Below are positions 63,372-64,000 of a stretch of DNA of 64,000 nucleotides, one piece after another. Both the position numbers and the translations under genes were made by a program. Within the stretch, counting starts at the first letter, position 1, and each line of letters starts with the position of its first letter. Where the stretch lies: assembly GCA_002633005.1 (NCBI GenBank), contig NMRA01000890.1:44794-108793 (forward strand). The letters run 5' to 3'. The DNA is from Phoronis australis (Eukaryota > Animalia > Phoronida). The notes beneath the pieces were generated by a model, which saw only the letters and a program-made list of their open reading frames with translations, was not told the origin of the DNA and did not search any database.

Positions 63372-64000
63372 TTATGCGCCCACATATTTATATGTGGACG
63401 CATTATGCCGTCATCTCTGTCCGTCCGTCCGTCCGTCCGTCCGTCCGTCCGTCCGGGCGGCGTCCGTCCGGCGTCCGGCGTCTGGCGTCCGGCGTCAGCT
63501 GCTTTATCTCCAAAACCCTTTGACATACGTTCATGAAATTTGGCACATATGTTCCATTCATGAATGGGACGGCATGTGCGAACTTTCGGACGGATCCGAC
63601 TACCGGTGTGCCTCCTAGTGGCAATTTTAGTTTTTTACGCTTACCTTTGTATCTTCAAAAGTCCTGAACGGATTTTCATGAAATTTGGTATGTAGGCACC
63701 TAGTTGTGAGATGACGCTATCCTGCCGTTTTCGGATGGATTCGACATAGTTTGCGCCACCTATTGGCCATTTTTAGTGTTTTCGATTCTGTTTTTGTGCT
63801 TCCACCCCTCTATCAACCAAACCGCTCAAAGGATGATTGTGAAAATTGGCATGTATGTGCTTACTATGTAGAGGACGGTTGACGATGATTTTCCGACGAT
63901 TTCGACTACTGTGGCGCCTCCTAATGGCAGTTTTTTTTTGCGCCTATGGCTGTATCTCCTAAACCGTTCGCAGGATCTTTACGAAATTGTGTAAGTATAT
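63372..64000 (+). mobile_element. Helentron-associated element, 5' part (truncated by window end)
   Basis: ttatgcgcccacatatttatatgtggacgcattatgccgtc, long (CCGT)n, then ctagtggc repeats. Confidence 0.9.

Overview
Repeat-rich animal genomic DNA with spliceosomal introns and scaffold gaps, most like a marine invertebrate; not prokaryotic, and no CRISPR or rRNA. The left 24 kb carries one multi-exon minus-strand astacin (M12A) zinc metalloprotease gene that the ORF track mostly misses. I assembled it by hand from GT-AG exons with compatible phases: signal peptide, prodomain, intact catalytic domain (HELGHAIGLEH, SAMHY), EGF, CUB, MAM. The catalytic, EGF and first two CUB exons are clean, but the candidate last CUB exon and the central MAM exons are disrupted. 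Faint colinear relics of a second astacin copy may lie upstream (27-31.5 kb). The rest is mobile DNA: three TTAA-flanked Kolobok-type elements, ISL2EU-, Sola3- and Harbinger-type MITEs, Helentron-type (HINE/DINE-1-like) elements, hAT, Penelope and LINE fragments, and a CAC-ended element with a 6-bp TSD at the core of a three-level nest. From about 42.9 to 63.2 kb there is an old tandem array of a ~1.9-kb unit of unknown origin. TACATGTA is strongly over-represented and appears as TA>TACATGTA insertions in aligned repeat copies, matching Tc1/mariner excision footprints. Three tandem duplications joined by a single N look like assembly artefacts. All alignments, translations and counts were done by eye.
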